Source: Pachysolen tannophilus NRRL Y-2460 (taxonomy: Eukaryota). Taken from it: a stretch of 39,939 nt of DNA. A model generated the notes under the pieces. It saw only the letters and a list, made by a program, of their open reading frames with translations, made no database searches and was not told where the DNA came from. Where the stretch lies: the NCBI GenBank assembly GCA_001661245.1, contig KV454012.1, forward strand, positions 1,322,848 to 1,362,786, read 5' to 3'. The position numbers and the translations under genes were made by a program. Of this stretch, positions 1 through 10,819 are shown in pieces (the first letter of the stretch is position 1; the number at the start of each line of letters is the position of its first letter).

Positions 1-3000
1 GGTTGAACAACACCACAAAAGGAAACAATGAAATTGAAAAATAATGAAAACAAAACATTAGCTGATGGTAAATCTGGAGACATATATACAACCCATAAAC
101 TGAATGAAACATAATAAAATTGGAAAAAGAAAGAATAATTTAACCAAAAAACACCTGAACGAGTAACATTATTATCCAATTGTACTGTGAAATAAAATAT
201 AACAAAATACATGGTTGAAAATAAAAGGGAATAAGGAATTTCATTCAAAAATTGAGCAATTAATAAAGTTGACCAATGGAAAGTATTTGATTTCGATTCT
301 CTAACTTCAAATAATTCTCTAGATGCAATAGCTCTAGCTTGTACTTGATTTCCTAAAGGAGCACTCAAAATCATACTAATGAAAACAGCAAACATACAAT
401 TTTGTAAACCAATTCTTGTATGTTTCAAGTTCCAGTATGAAAACCCAATTAATAAAGCACCAGTAAGGAATAACATGAATTTAGCCATAATATAGTCAAG
501 ATCTCTGTAGAATTGGGTAGCAGTTCTTGTAACAACCAATCTGAATTGATACCAATATGGAGTTGCATAAATTCCAGCATTTTTATTAACTGATTCCTCT
601 GGATTAGAAGCCTGGGTAGATTCAATTAACTTGGTAACTTCAACAGTTGTGTCATTAAACTCCTTACTTTGAGTCCACTTTTCATACCAATTTTCCTGAA
701 CTGCTGCTGTAGCACCCGCTCCAATAGCTTCTAAGATATATTCAGCAGGGTTCTCATGCGGTTCACAATGTCTAGCCCCATTCCTTTCAAAATAGCTTAA
801 TATTGTTTCTGAATTCTTACCAATGTCACCAAAGTAAACGGTTTGACCACCTTTACGTAACAATAATAATCTGTCAAATTGCTCGAATAAGGTAGCAGAA
901 GGTTGATGGATAGTACAAAGAATAGCTTGTCCTGCATTTGCCAAACTTCTTAATAATTGTACAATGGCCCAGGCAGACTGGGAGTCTAAACCTGACGTTG
1001 GTTCATCCAAAAATAACAATAAATCTGGTTTAGCAACTAACTCTGTAGCAATAGAAAGTTTTTTCCTTTGTTCAACGTTAAGCCCATAACCAGGATCTCC
1101 GGCAACAGCATCTGCATAATCTTGCATCTGTAAAATGTTGATAATTTCTTCAACGTATTCCATTTTTTCTGCATCTGGAACTGAAAGAGGCCTTCTTAAT
1201 CTGGCGGCAAATCTTAACGATTCTCTAACTGTAAGTTCTGCAATGTGCAAATCTTGTTGCTGAACGTAACCAGTTCTTCTTTGAAATGAATTATCAACGG
1301 ATCTACCATTTACCAATATATCACCAGTAATCACACCTACCTCATTACGTTGCGAAAGTGTATTTAATAACGTTGTTTTACCGGCACCAGACTCACCCAT
1401 AAGAGCTGTCAATGTACCAGGTTTAACATAACCTTGGATATCGTCCAAAAGCTTTCTAGTACTACCTTTGTAAGGTATAACATAATCAACGTGCTGCCAC
1501 ATAAATATTTCATCGGAACCTAAAAGACGTTCGCCATCTTCAGCAACCGCCTTAGAAACCGGCTTTTTGGCGTTATCAACTTCGTTTTCTGTGGTGTCTT
1601 TTTCAGATAAAGGTCCGTTCTCAACATCAGAAGATGGTGCAACATCAGCTGGATTCAAAATTGTATCAGGAATTCGAGCACCTCTGATGAAAGAAAGGTG
1701 ATCACCACCACCTTTAGATTGTTTTAAAAGTTCGGTAAGAATACAATTTATAGTAATGAAACCAATCCAGAAACAACACAATATTCCAAAATTTCTCCAA
1801 ACATGCCAGAATTTGTATGTATATGAAACATAGACAAAAGTGTCACCATCAACTACAGTGCTACCATCACTACCAGTAAATGCACAAACTTGATTAGCAC
1901 TTGATACATTTTCATACCCTGTACCTGAAGGAACCAACAAATCAGACTGGCATTCCATATGACGGCCATGAAATTCTGTTGTAATGATTGCTTCAAAACC
2001 GAAAAGAACAGGATTCATGTAAGAAAACCATTTAAACCACGGCACCATAGATGGACGTTGAATCATATATGACGAATAAAGAATAGTAGACAACATCATA
2101 ACACCTGAGACAGCATTTGCTGCAGAAATAGTTGAGCAAAAAGCGGCCAACATCTTAAACATAGCAGAAACGACTTGAGCATTCAAATTTACAAATAATA
2201 TGTAAGTGAAAAATGCACCAGCGTCAACTTTCAAATCTGCCAAAAAATACACAATTAAACCAAAACAAACAACTGATAAAAATTTAATTGGGGTCAATGT
2301 TACTGTTTCGGATAAAATTTCAGCAGAAGGATGATAGAAAGAATAACCTTTTTGTTTCAAAAGAATAGGACGATCAGAGAAAACAGTTGGCATTTCAGTT
2401 AAACCCATAAGAGAAAAGTATAAACAACTGTAAAACATACAACCACCTCTACCGAAAGCACCTTCTGTTGAGCTAGGAGTTTTCCAATATAAAGAACCAA
2501 CAATCAAGGATTGAATAATAGCTGCAGCCACTGTAGTAACTGTATAAGATCTATCATTAATAATTTTCTGGAAACCTCTTATTGTACATAATTTTAATTG
2601 CATAAAAAAGTTAATAGTATATCTTGATGTTGAACGTTGATACTTCATCTTTTCTTGTTGTTTTGATTTAACAAAAGCTTCCTTTGTTTCATCTGGAGAT
2701 ACTTTAGCTCTCTTATCTTGAATATCACGCATCAATTGATGATATTCATTTGAATTTAACCAATATTCTTCAAATTCTGCAGCAGTTTTTGGAACTTTAT
2801 TTTCAAAACCAGGTTTTGGGAAACGACCAATTGGATCTGTAACAGCAGTTAAAAATTCAGCAGTTGATTGACGAGCTGGACATTCAAATCCCATGTTTTC
2901 AAAATAACTTTTGGCATCAGTAGCAGGACCAAAATAAACTTGTCTACCTTGATATAATACAGTTACTTTATCAAATTTTTCGTAAATATTTTCACCAGCT

Positions 3001-4217
3001 TGATATATAGTCACAAAAGAAGAAATTTTTGATAAATTTGTTGAGGTTCTAATTGCTTGAGAATATTCTAATGCTGTTGAAGCATCCAAACCTCTTGTAG
3101 CATTATCCCAGCAGAAAATTTTACCCTGTGTTGCCATAGCTTCTGCAATACTAACTCTTTTCCTTTCACCTCCAGAAACACCACGAACAAAATCATTTCC
3201 TACTCTTGTATTTAAAGTATGGGTTAACCCAAAGACTGTACACCATAAATCTCTCATTGTAGTGATATATTTTTCTCTAGATATATTATCGACTCTTATA
3301 CTTGGTGTACGACAACCGATAGCGAATCTTAAAGTTTGATTTACCGTTAAGAAGGGGAAATGGACATCCAATTCCGGGTTATAGATAACGTCTTTTTTAA
3401 AATTTTTCATCATTTCTGGTTGAGAAATGTTATTATATGTGATATCACCATTTACTTTAACAAATTGTTCATTTTCACCAGCAACAACTTTCAAGAAAGA
3501 AGAGCAACCAGCACCTGGTCTACCCAAGACTAAACACATTTCACCTGGATTTACCAAACAATTAATATTTCTTAAAATTTTTCTATATTTATCATCTCCT
3601 GTTTTTTTCTCCTTTTTCAGATCATTTTTACCACGAGAGAAAAGTTTTTGTAAACCTAAAAAGGGCCCCATAGCAATATCACCTGCAGTAACAACAACAG
3701 AAGTAGAGTCATCAACACCCAACACAGACACATCCGACATCTCAACCCCAATCTCTTTAAATTGAATACCTTGTTCCTCGGCCTTACCAGCAAGAAGGGC
3801 CAAAAGTTCTTGCAAGTCGAAATCATTTTTATCAATAACAAAATTGTTCATATCTTTTGCTGTCATATGCGACAATGTCTTTGATAACGTTGACAACCTT
3901 GTCAACGCATCTCCTCTATAGTGTCCCAAACTTGTTGCTTCCGCATCTGCATCTGCATCTGCCTCTGCACCTTCATCGTCATCTTCCATATATTCTCCAT
4001 CACCAATTGTACCTTCAACGCCGCCACTACCATGAGAAACACGCCCACGGAAAGTACCACGGAATCCACCGTGGCCGCCACCGCCATTTCCGCCACCGCC
4101 GAGCGTATCAGGCCCACGAAACGAGTCTACATCCTTTTCAGAATATGTATCGCTACTTTTACCATTTGACTCTGATGTTTCACCACTACCTTGATTATAT
4201 TCCATGGGAGCAGACAT
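1..4217 (-). CDS. SNQ2: PDR/ABCG full-size ABC multidrug transporter, Snq2/Pdr12-like; 3' end lies beyond the left window edge
   Basis: Manual minus-strand translation from the ATG at 4217 (MSAPMEYNQ...). The same frame holds at the window edge (...SFCGVVQP). NBD1 has the degenerate Walker A GRPGAGCS, VSGGERKRVS and CWDNATRGLDASTALEY. NBD2 has GESGAGKTT, LNVEQRKKLSIATEL and FLDEPTSGLDSQSAW. Order is NBD-TMD-NBD-TMD. Family is certain; the SNQ2 versus PDR12/PDR18 orthology is not. Confidence 0.9.
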   Translation of the reverse strand, partial: MSAPMEYNQGSGETSESNGKSSDTYSEKDVDSFRGPDTLGGGGNGGGGHGGFRGTFRGRVSHGSGGVEGTIGDGEYMEDDDEGAEADADADAEATSLGHYRGDALTRLSTLSKTLSHMTAKDMNNFVIDKNDFDLQELLALLAGKAEEQGIQFKEIGVEMSDVSVLGVDDSTSVVVTAGDIAMGPFLGLQKLFSRGKNDLKKEKKTGDDKYRKILRNINCLVNPGEMCLVLGRPGAGCSSFLKVVAGENEQFVKVNGDITYNNISQPEMMKNFKKDVIYNPELDVHFPFLTVNQTLRFAIGCRTPSIRVDNISREKYITTMRDLWCTVFGLTHTLNTRVGNDFVRGVSGGERKRVSIAEAMATQGKIFCWDNATRGLDASTALEYSQAIRTSTNLSKISSFVTIYQAGENIYEKFDKVTVLYQGRQVYFGPATDAKSYFENMGFECPARQSTAEFLTAVTDPIGRFPKPGFENKVPKTAAEFEEYWLNSNEYHQLMRDIQDKRAKVSPDETKEAFVKSKQQEKMKYQRSTSRYTINFFMQLKLCTIRGFQKIINDRSYTVTTVAAAIIQSLIVGSLYWKTPSSTEGAFGRGGCMFYSCLYFSLMGLTEMPTVFSDRPILLKQKGYSFYHPSAEILSETVTLTPIKFLSVVCFGLIVYFLADLKVDAGAFFTYILFVNLNAQVVSAMFKMLAAFCSTISAANAVSGVMMLSTILYSSYMIQRPSMVPWFKWFSYMNPVLFGFEAIITTEFHGRHMECQSDLLVPSGTGYENVSSANQVCAFTGSDGSTVVDGDTFVYVSYTYKFWHVWRNFGILCCFWIGFITINCILTELLKQSKGGGDHLSFIRGARIPDTILNPADVAPSSDVENGPLSEKDTTENEVDNAKKPVSKAVAEDGERLLGSDEIFMWQHVDYVIPYKGSTRKLLDDIQGYVKPGTLTALMGESGAGKTTLLNTLSQRNEVGVITGDILVNGRSVDNSFQRRTGYVQQQDLHIAELTVRESLRFAARLRRPLSVPDAEKMEYVEEIINILQMQDYADAVAGDPGYGLNVEQRKKLSIATELVAKPDLLLFLDEPTSGLDSQSAWAIVQLLRSLANAGQAILCTIHQPSATLFEQFDRLLLLRKGGQTVYFGDIGKNSETILSYFERNGARHCEPHENPAEYILEAIGAGATAAVQENWYEKWTQSKEFNDTTVEVTKLIESTQASNPEESVNKNAGIYATPYWYQFRLVVTRTATQFYRDLDYIMAKFMLFLTGALLIGFSYWNLKHTRIGLQNCMFAVFISMILSAPLGNQVQARAIASRELFEVRESKSNTFHWSTLLIAQFLNEIPYSLLFSTMYFVIFYFTVQLDNNVTRSGVFWLNYSFFFQFYYVSFSLWVVYMSPDLPSANVLFSLFFNFIVSFCGVVQ

Positions 4218-4463
4218 CAATTAATAAATATTTTTAAAGCAAAATGCAAAATAAACAATAACAGACAAAAATTAATAAAATAATAAAAAAATTTTTAAAA
4301 AAATTAAAAAATTAAAAAATTAAAAAAATTAATTTTTTGTATTGAAAATTTGAAAAATTTAAAAATTGAAAAAAAGAAAAGAATATCAACAAAGAAAAAA
4401 AAATAAAATTAGAAAGGGTACTTATTATCTACTAATATACTAATCAACTAATTGATTAATTAA

Positions 4464-4637
4464 TTAGTAAAATAAAATAAATTAAATAATTATTATAATT
4501 AATAAAAATAATAATAATAAATTAATTATAAATAATTCGGAATAACTTATATACTTGTATTTAATTTTTATTAAATACCCAAAATCTACTTTTACAAGAA
4601 TATTGCTTTTTCTCCGATTAGTAATAGTTTAATAATA

Positions 4638-4677
<40 letters not shown>

Positions 4678-4960
4678 ATAATAATTAATATTCATAGATT
4701 TTACTATAATACAATTGAAATTTAATGTATTTGAGATACATTTTTGTACAGCAATAACGTAAATAGGAAATAGGATATAAATATTTTCTTTTAGTAATAA
4801 AAGTAAATAACGGGTCTTAAGAAAAGTAGTGTCGGCGCCAACGAAAAAAACAATACACATCATCTATTTTGAGTAATAGTAAAATAAAAAAATAAACTAT
4901 TAAATAGGGAATTGGGAAATGTGTTAGCCGTGCAGTGCTTTAAATCCGTTATTTTACTAA
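4464..4960. promoter_or_regulatory. Cluster of candidate Yap1/AP-1 response elements upstream of the PDR transporter
   Basis: TTAGTAA at 4464, 4618 and 4791, TTACTAA at 4954, and variant TGAGTAA at 4870. The AT-rich background weakens the signal. Confidence 0.35.
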
Positions 4961-5567
4961 AATGAATTTAAAGGAAATAAGGGAAACGAGAACGATTTTT
5001 AAAATTTAATTGTAAACAAAAGCCGAAAAAAAAAAAAAGCGTATGCGAACACACACATACATACACATTTAAGAATGTTAGTGCGTATTTGATTTATTAA
5101 CAAATGTATATTCATTCATAGGTACGCAAAATTCTGCATTTTAACTGGTCAGTAAAGATAGTACCCGCTCTCGTTTATGTAAGCAAACAACTGTAATAAA
5201 AGTCGTAGTAGCAATAACAACAACGAGAACAACTTCTCAACTTTATTAAAAAAAAAAAAAAAAAAATTTTTTTTTTTTTTTATATGAAAACCCCGTTAAC
5301 TGCTTTGGGAAAAGTACGTATTTTGTCTTGTTGGCACGTGCAGCAAAGTCTTGTTATCACTTTTTCCGTTTTTGTGGCAGATGGCAGCAGATGGTAGCAG
5401 ACAGCAGACTTCGAGATGACTAATTTCCTAATTGGGATGCATAAGGTGCATAGAATCTTTTCTTGTCTTTCTTCTTTGATCCGATCCTTTACCCCCTTTT
5501 TTTTAAAATTTTATTTTTATCATTATTTTTATTATTATTATTATTATTATTATCTTTTAATAACAAA

Positions 5568-5610
5568 GAGAACAAGAGAACAAGAGAACAAGAGAACAAG
5601 AGAACAAGAG
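5568..5610 (+). repeat. Tandem repeat (GAGAACAA)5
   Basis: Five perfect 8-bp units plus a partial unit, read directly. Confidence 0.95.
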
Positions 5611-5784
5611 GCAATAAGAAATAAGCATTTAAGTAATAGGCAATAATCATTAGGCAATAGGCAATAAAATTATTATTTTCATTGATCCTCTTGAGAATGA
5701 CTCGATTAAGCAATAAGATGGATTCAATTGTGGGTTGTTTGTTATTTTATTTTATTTTATTTGTTTTTTAATTATATTTGTTTT

Positions 5785-5837
<53 letters not shown>

Positions 5838-6070
5838 NNNNNNNNNNNNNNNNNNNNNNNNNNNNNNNNNNNNNNNNNNNNNNNNNNNNNNNNNNNNNNN
5901 NNNNNNNNNNNNNNNNNNNNNNNNNNNNNNNNNNNNNNNNNNNNNNNNNNNNNNNNNNNNNNNNNNNNNNNNNNNNNNNNNNNNNNNNNNNNNNNNNNNN
6001 NNNNNNNNNNNNNNNNNNNNNNNNNNNNNNNNNNNNNNNNNNNNNNNNNNNNNNNNNNNNNNNNNNNNNN
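5838..6070. other. Assembly gap flanked by poly(T)
   Basis: N run bordered by long T homopolymers on both sides. Confidence 0.99.
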
Positions 6071-6163
6071 TTTTTTTTTTTTTTTTTTTTCTTTCTTTCT
6101 TTCTTTCTTGTTTTTCTTTTTTTTTTTTTTCATTTATCAATTTTGAATGGGTTGTTTCTGTAA

Positions 6164-9100
6164 ATGAGCGATAAATTGGCATCTTACTCGCCAGGTGGTA
6201 GCGTTGGCGGTAGCGGCAATAGTGCCAACAGCAATAGTGCCAACAGCAGTAATAATACAAATTCCATTGGTATGGGTGTTGGTATTGGAATTGGAATTAG
6301 TAATGACAATCGCGGTTACAGTGGTTGTGACAAGGATGAAAAAAAGTTTGAGAAATGGATGCTGCACAACCAGCGGGAGCAAGAACAAGAACAAGAGCAA
6401 GCACGGGCTCGGGCTCGGACTCGGGCACAGGAGCATGAGCAGGTGCGCGAGCATGAACGGGTGCATGAGCATGAATACATTGGTTTAAGATTAGGGGTTT
6501 CGTCAAATTATTCAGATACTTTGAAAACTCTGATTGAATCTATAAATACAAGCGTGTTACTGGAAGATAATTTGAGCATGGATAAAGGTGCAGAAGAATT
6601 GGTATGTCTATTCATGACAAACGATGGTATTTTTGAAGAATTATCAGAAAAACTTTATAAGGATGAAACAGTTAATAATGGAGATTTATTAGAAATTATT
6701 TCAATTTTAATTATAGTTGGATCTTCTCATAAAATTAATGCTATAATGAATCCATCAACACTTGAAAATATAACTATTACACAATTGAAAACTGTTTTGA
6801 TCCATTATAATCAAGTATTACATATTATTCAAAAACAACTGTTTTCTAGATTTTCCTTCTTATTCAACAAATTTCCAATTTCAATTATAACCCCTTTAAT
6901 TAATGTAATTGATTTATTATCACGTAAATTTAATTATCAAAATCAAAATTTTTTAATTCAAGTATTGGCAGTTTTAATCTCGTTTCATTGTCATTATAAT
7001 TTTTTATTTTTTGAAATTTCTAAAATTTTACAAAATCAATTTTTTTGGAAAATATTGATGCAAAGAATAAATAATGGTTCTAAAAATTATCAACAACAAT
7101 ATCCTGCAGAACTGGGTATAATTAGTATATATCAAAATTTTAAATCTTATGAATCTAATCAAAAAGTGAAAATGATTGATTTAATGGGGATTGTTTTCCC
7201 TTATGATTTGACTCAATTATTATTGGAAACAATGCAAGGAGCTTCCACTATTGAAACTGTTTTTAACCAAATTATTAATTTAAATCATAATAATAACAAT
7301 ACTCATAATGAAGGAGGAATTGAATCTTCATTAGCTTCTTTGTTAATTTTCCAAAATTCAAACAGGTTGAATCAAGAAATATTTGGCATATATTGCATGA
7401 ACCATACTAATGTATTGAAAAGATTACAGGAGTTGTCATCGTTGTCGTCATTACCATTATCATCATCATCATCAACATCAACATCGGCAACAGCAACAGC
7501 AACAGCAACAAATTCTTTATCATCATCTCCATCTGCTTCTGATGCTGCAGCTGCGGCTGCCGCTGCTGCTTCACCATCTTCGTCACAATCTTCTTCACCT
7601 TCTTCTTCTTCTTCTTCACCGATGCCTCTGTCTCCATTATCCCCTTTATCGCCTCTGTTGAAAATAAGTGATTTAGCATGTGAACTATCCAATATTTTGT
7701 GTATTTATATTTCAGAATCTTTACTTTCAATTCAATTTTTATCATCAAGAGATAAGTTTCTAACTTTTTTTGTCAATCAATTTTTAAATTTAAATTATCA
7801 AAAATTATGGATTGGAAATTATAGTACAGAATTATTCCCAGATTTTATTTTTAAAATTATTTTTGAAATTGTTGACCATAATTTGAAATTAAATTTATTG
7901 GAAGAATCTAATTTAGTTAAATTATTAGAATTGGGTTTAAATATCATTGACAATAATTTAACATCAACTTCTTCTTTTATTGAAATTCATAATAAATTTC
8001 ATGATTTAGGATCTTCTTTATCATTGCCAGCATTATTAAGTTATTTGAATTATATTTTAAATTATAATTTAACTAGAAATTCAGATTTATTTTCAGATGG
8101 TTGTCCTAATTACCTTAAGATTCCAATTTCTTTTGAAGAAGTTTTTTCATTTGATTCTATTCCACCAATTTCTAAATCAAATTTTATCTTTGAAAATAAC
8201 TTTGAAAAAGAATATGAAAATAATAACTTTGTTAAAATGTTAGAAAAAAAAGAATTACAAAAAACTAAAAATACTGATTGTATTTTACGTTGTATTTATA
8301 CATTATGCAAGATTATGCGTAATCTTTTAGAGGATTTAACTAAAACTAATAAAAATACAAATTTTTTGAATTATGGTATTGAATCAGTTAATGAATCTTT
8401 ACCTGCATCAGATTATAATTTAAAATTTAAATTTTTAACTAAATTTATTGATTTAAACGTTGATTCATTATTATCAAGTATGATTACTATGGAAAATTGT
8501 AATCAAAAAATGAATCAACAAGATCAAAAAGGTAATATTTCTTCAATTATTGTCTTGACTAAAAAACAAATTATTTCTTCAATCACACACATTGTTGAAA
8601 TTCATAAAGATTTTGGTTTATATTGTATTTTGAAAAATTTAAACAATATTTCACTTGGTGATTTAAGATTTATTAAATTTAATTGTTGTTTGTTAGATGA
8701 ATTGATTTATAACGATCAAATTTCTGAAAATGTTATCAAAGATTTAATTTTTGGAAATGATTTATGCTATCATGCATATTTACAATTTCTTAATTTATTT
8801 GATGATCCAAATCTTGAAACTTTTAACAAGCTTCATGATTTAATTTCCAAAGAAGAAGTAAAAGAAGGACACGAAGAAGGGAACTTTAGATCTAAAGAAA
8901 TGGTGTACATTAATCTTAATAATTTTTTGCCATTGTTAAAAATGGACCAATTTCAAAAAACGGTTTCAAATCAACATTCGTTTGTTGATCAAAGCTATAA
9001 CTGTGTTTCTCATAATGCAAATAGCAAAAATGTTGATGGTAATTCTAATATGAAAAATAATGTTTATGCGTCTATGAATATTAATAGTATTCCTAATTTC

Positions 9101-10096
9101 AATGTTGCTCAGACTGCAGCTTTAGAAAGACAGCAGCAGCAGCAACAGCAGCAACAACAACAACAACTACTGCAACAGCAGCAACAACAAAATCAAAATC
9201 AAAATCAAAATCAACAGCAACAGCAACAACTACGCCAGGGAAGTTTATTGCTGAAAGTTCCTCCAAGTAGTTTAACACCTCAACTGTCACAAATTCAGAT
9301 GAATACGTTATCCACTCCTGCTGGATCTAACAATTTTGAAAATTTAAATGAAAGATTTATTTCGTCTCAGCAACAGTATCCTAATAGTACCAATCAAGTC
9401 AATAGTCCTGTTCCGCGGACAACCATCTCAAATCCATCTTTAGGAATGGAGAGCTATTACAAGAGTAGTAGCGCGTTAACGAATATTTTAGATGATTTTT
9501 ACAATAACGGTGGTCAGAATTATCAGTATAATATTGGAGGTCTGCAACCACATCAACAACAACAACCTCCAGGTAGCTCTGTCAGCAATATATTTGAGAA
9601 AAATTTCAGTAGTAGTGGTCTTTCTGAATCTAATACTGCTCCTTCTTCTTCTTTTTTCACCAATTATAATCCATTATCAGCGAACAGTGGTACAAGTTAT
9701 TTAGGTTTAGGAAGTACAAACGGTAGTAACGTTGGTAATAATAGTATGTCTTCTAATTTTTTCAATACTCAATCCCAATCCACCACGTACCTGCTTGATA
9801 AACAAACTCAGCAGCAACAGCAAACGTTAATGACACCACAACCACAATCACAATCACAACAACCGCTACCGCAACCACCACCACTGCTGCTGCTGCTGCT
9901 GATACTCACTGGTAGCGGGTATCTAAATAATTTACAAAATGCTTCTTCACTTGCATCGCCAAGAAGTCAACTTATGAATAATGATTCTAATACCGGTGAC
10001 CTATCAATTTCAAGTGCTTATCAGCATACAAAACAAGTTCCGAATACAAGCAGAGCTCAGAGTATTCATGTTGATGAATTTGAAAAGAGAAATTGA
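6164..10096 (+). CDS. VIR1: Probable virilizer/VIRMA homologue (Vir1/Ygl036w), scaffold of the mRNA m6A methyltransferase complex
   Basis: 1310-aa ORF with a Leu/Ile/Asn-rich helical-looking body and a Q/N/S-rich tail. It ends in NTSRAQSIHVDEF, matching the virilizer motif NTSRPPSMHVDDF as I recall it. It is adjacent to OCH1, and YGL036W is near YGL038C in S. cerevisiae. Confidence 0.7.
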   Translation: MSDKLASYSPGGSVGGSGNSANSNSANSSNNTNSIGMGVGIGIGISNDNRGYSGCDKDEKKFEKWMLHNQREQEQEQEQARARARTRAQEHEQVREHERVHEHEYIGLRLGVSSNYSDTLKTLIESINTSVLLEDNLSMDKGAEELVCLFMTNDGIFEELSEKLYKDETVNNGDLLEIISILIIVGSSHKINAIMNPSTLENITITQLKTVLIHYNQVLHIIQKQLFSRFSFLFNKFPISIITPLINVIDLLSRKFNYQNQNFLIQVLAVLISFHCHYNFLFFEISKILQNQFFWKILMQRINNGSKNYQQQYPAELGIISIYQNFKSYESNQKVKMIDLMGIVFPYDLTQLLLETMQGASTIETVFNQIINLNHNNNNTHNEGGIESSLASLLIFQNSNRLNQEIFGIYCMNHTNVLKRLQELSSLSSLPLSSSSSTSTSATATATATNSLSSSPSASDAAAAAAAAASPSSSQSSSPSSSSSSPMPLSPLSPLSPLLKISDLACELSNILCIYISESLLSIQFLSSRDKFLTFFVNQFLNLNYQKLWIGNYSTELFPDFIFKIIFEIVDHNLKLNLLEESNLVKLLELGLNIIDNNLTSTSSFIEIHNKFHDLGSSLSLPALLSYLNYILNYNLTRNSDLFSDGCPNYLKIPISFEEVFSFDSIPPISKSNFIFENNFEKEYENNNFVKMLEKKELQKTKNTDCILRCIYTLCKIMRNLLEDLTKTNKNTNFLNYGIESVNESLPASDYNLKFKFLTKFIDLNVDSLLSSMITMENCNQKMNQQDQKGNISSIIVLTKKQIISSITHIVEIHKDFGLYCILKNLNNISLGDLRFIKFNCCLLDELIYNDQISENVIKDLIFGNDLCYHAYLQFLNLFDDPNLETFNKLHDLISKEEVKEGHEEGNFRSKEMVYINLNNFLPLLKMDQFQKTVSNQHSFVDQSYNCVSHNANSKNVDGNSNMKNNVYASMNINSIPNFNVAQTAALERQQQQQQQQQQQQLLQQQQQQNQNQNQNQQQQQQLRQGSLLLKVPPSSLTPQLSQIQMNTLSTPAGSNNFENLNERFISSQQQYPNSTNQVNSPVPRTTISNPSLGMESYYKSSSALTNILDDFYNNGGQNYQYNIGGLQPHQQQQPPGSSVSNIFEKNFSSSGLSESNTAPSSSFFTNYNPLSANSGTSYLGLGSTNGSNVGNNSMSSNFFNTQSQSTTYLLDKQTQQQQQTLMTPQPQSQSQQPLPQPPPLLLLLLILTGSGYLNNLQNASSLASPRSQLMNNDSNTGDLSISSAYQHTKQVPNTSRAQSIHVDEFEKRN

Positions 10097-10154
10097 TGAA
10101 TCAATTAAACTTTCAAAATAACAATAAGTTTTTACGCATTTTACGATGGTTAAG

Positions 10155-10185
<31 letters not shown>

Positions 10186-10819
10186 GTTTAACTGTCAATG
10201 ATTACGAGTAGATAAAATTTTTATTTATTATGTTTGATCTCTTTTGTTGTCTTTATTTTAATTTATTATGATCATTTAAGGATGATTAAATATTAGAATT
10301 TGGTACTTTTTATTTTTTCTCTTTTTATACTTTTATACTTTTTTTTTTCTTTTTTTCTTTTTATTACTCTTTTATTGAAACTTGGTTAGATTGAAATAAA
10401 TTAAAGAAATATATCTTTAAGCACAACTATCATCTTACCATTGATATCGTTGTTGTTGGTTATGAATTCTTTTGAACAAATTATTTTAAAATTCTTAAAA
10501 TTTTTAAAAAATAAAAAATAAAAATAAAAAGGATTACGTAATCTATTTTTCCAAAAGTTCTTGATGTATTTTGTGCACAGCTTCTTCTTATACAGGGTTT
10601 ATTAGTTTGAATTTTTAATTGAAAAGAACAAAATATTGTTTTATATCTAGATAGAAGGGGACTAGGCTGGAAAGTGTGATTTAAACACATAGCTTCATTT
10701 AGTCACTATCGTCTTTGAGACTCTTTCTTTTTTTTTTTTTTTTTTTTTTATTTTTATTTTTTTATTTCTATTTTTTTTTTTTATATTTTATTTCACTGGA
10801 TGAAATATTGGGTTTAATT

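Noticed and set aside
3888..3907. 9-bp inverted repeat CGTTGACAA / TTGTCAACG
   Set aside because: Short, inside coding sequence, with a 2-nt loop. Compatible with chance.
3427..4237. Several short overlapping ORFs on both strands
   Set aside because: Shadow frames of the PDR transporter CDS, favoured by a locally GC-rich, stop-poor segment.
5416..6260. ORFs rich in F, K, Y or X around the first gap; similar ones at 14683-14937 and 19995-20573
   Set aside because: Produced by homopolymers, microsatellites and N runs. No protein features.
10715..10819. N-terminal extensions of OCH1, and likewise AHK1 (19529-19573) and NFU1 (27768-27830)
   Set aside because: They begin at TTG and translate low-complexity UTR sequence. 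Downstream ATGs give family-typical N-termini.
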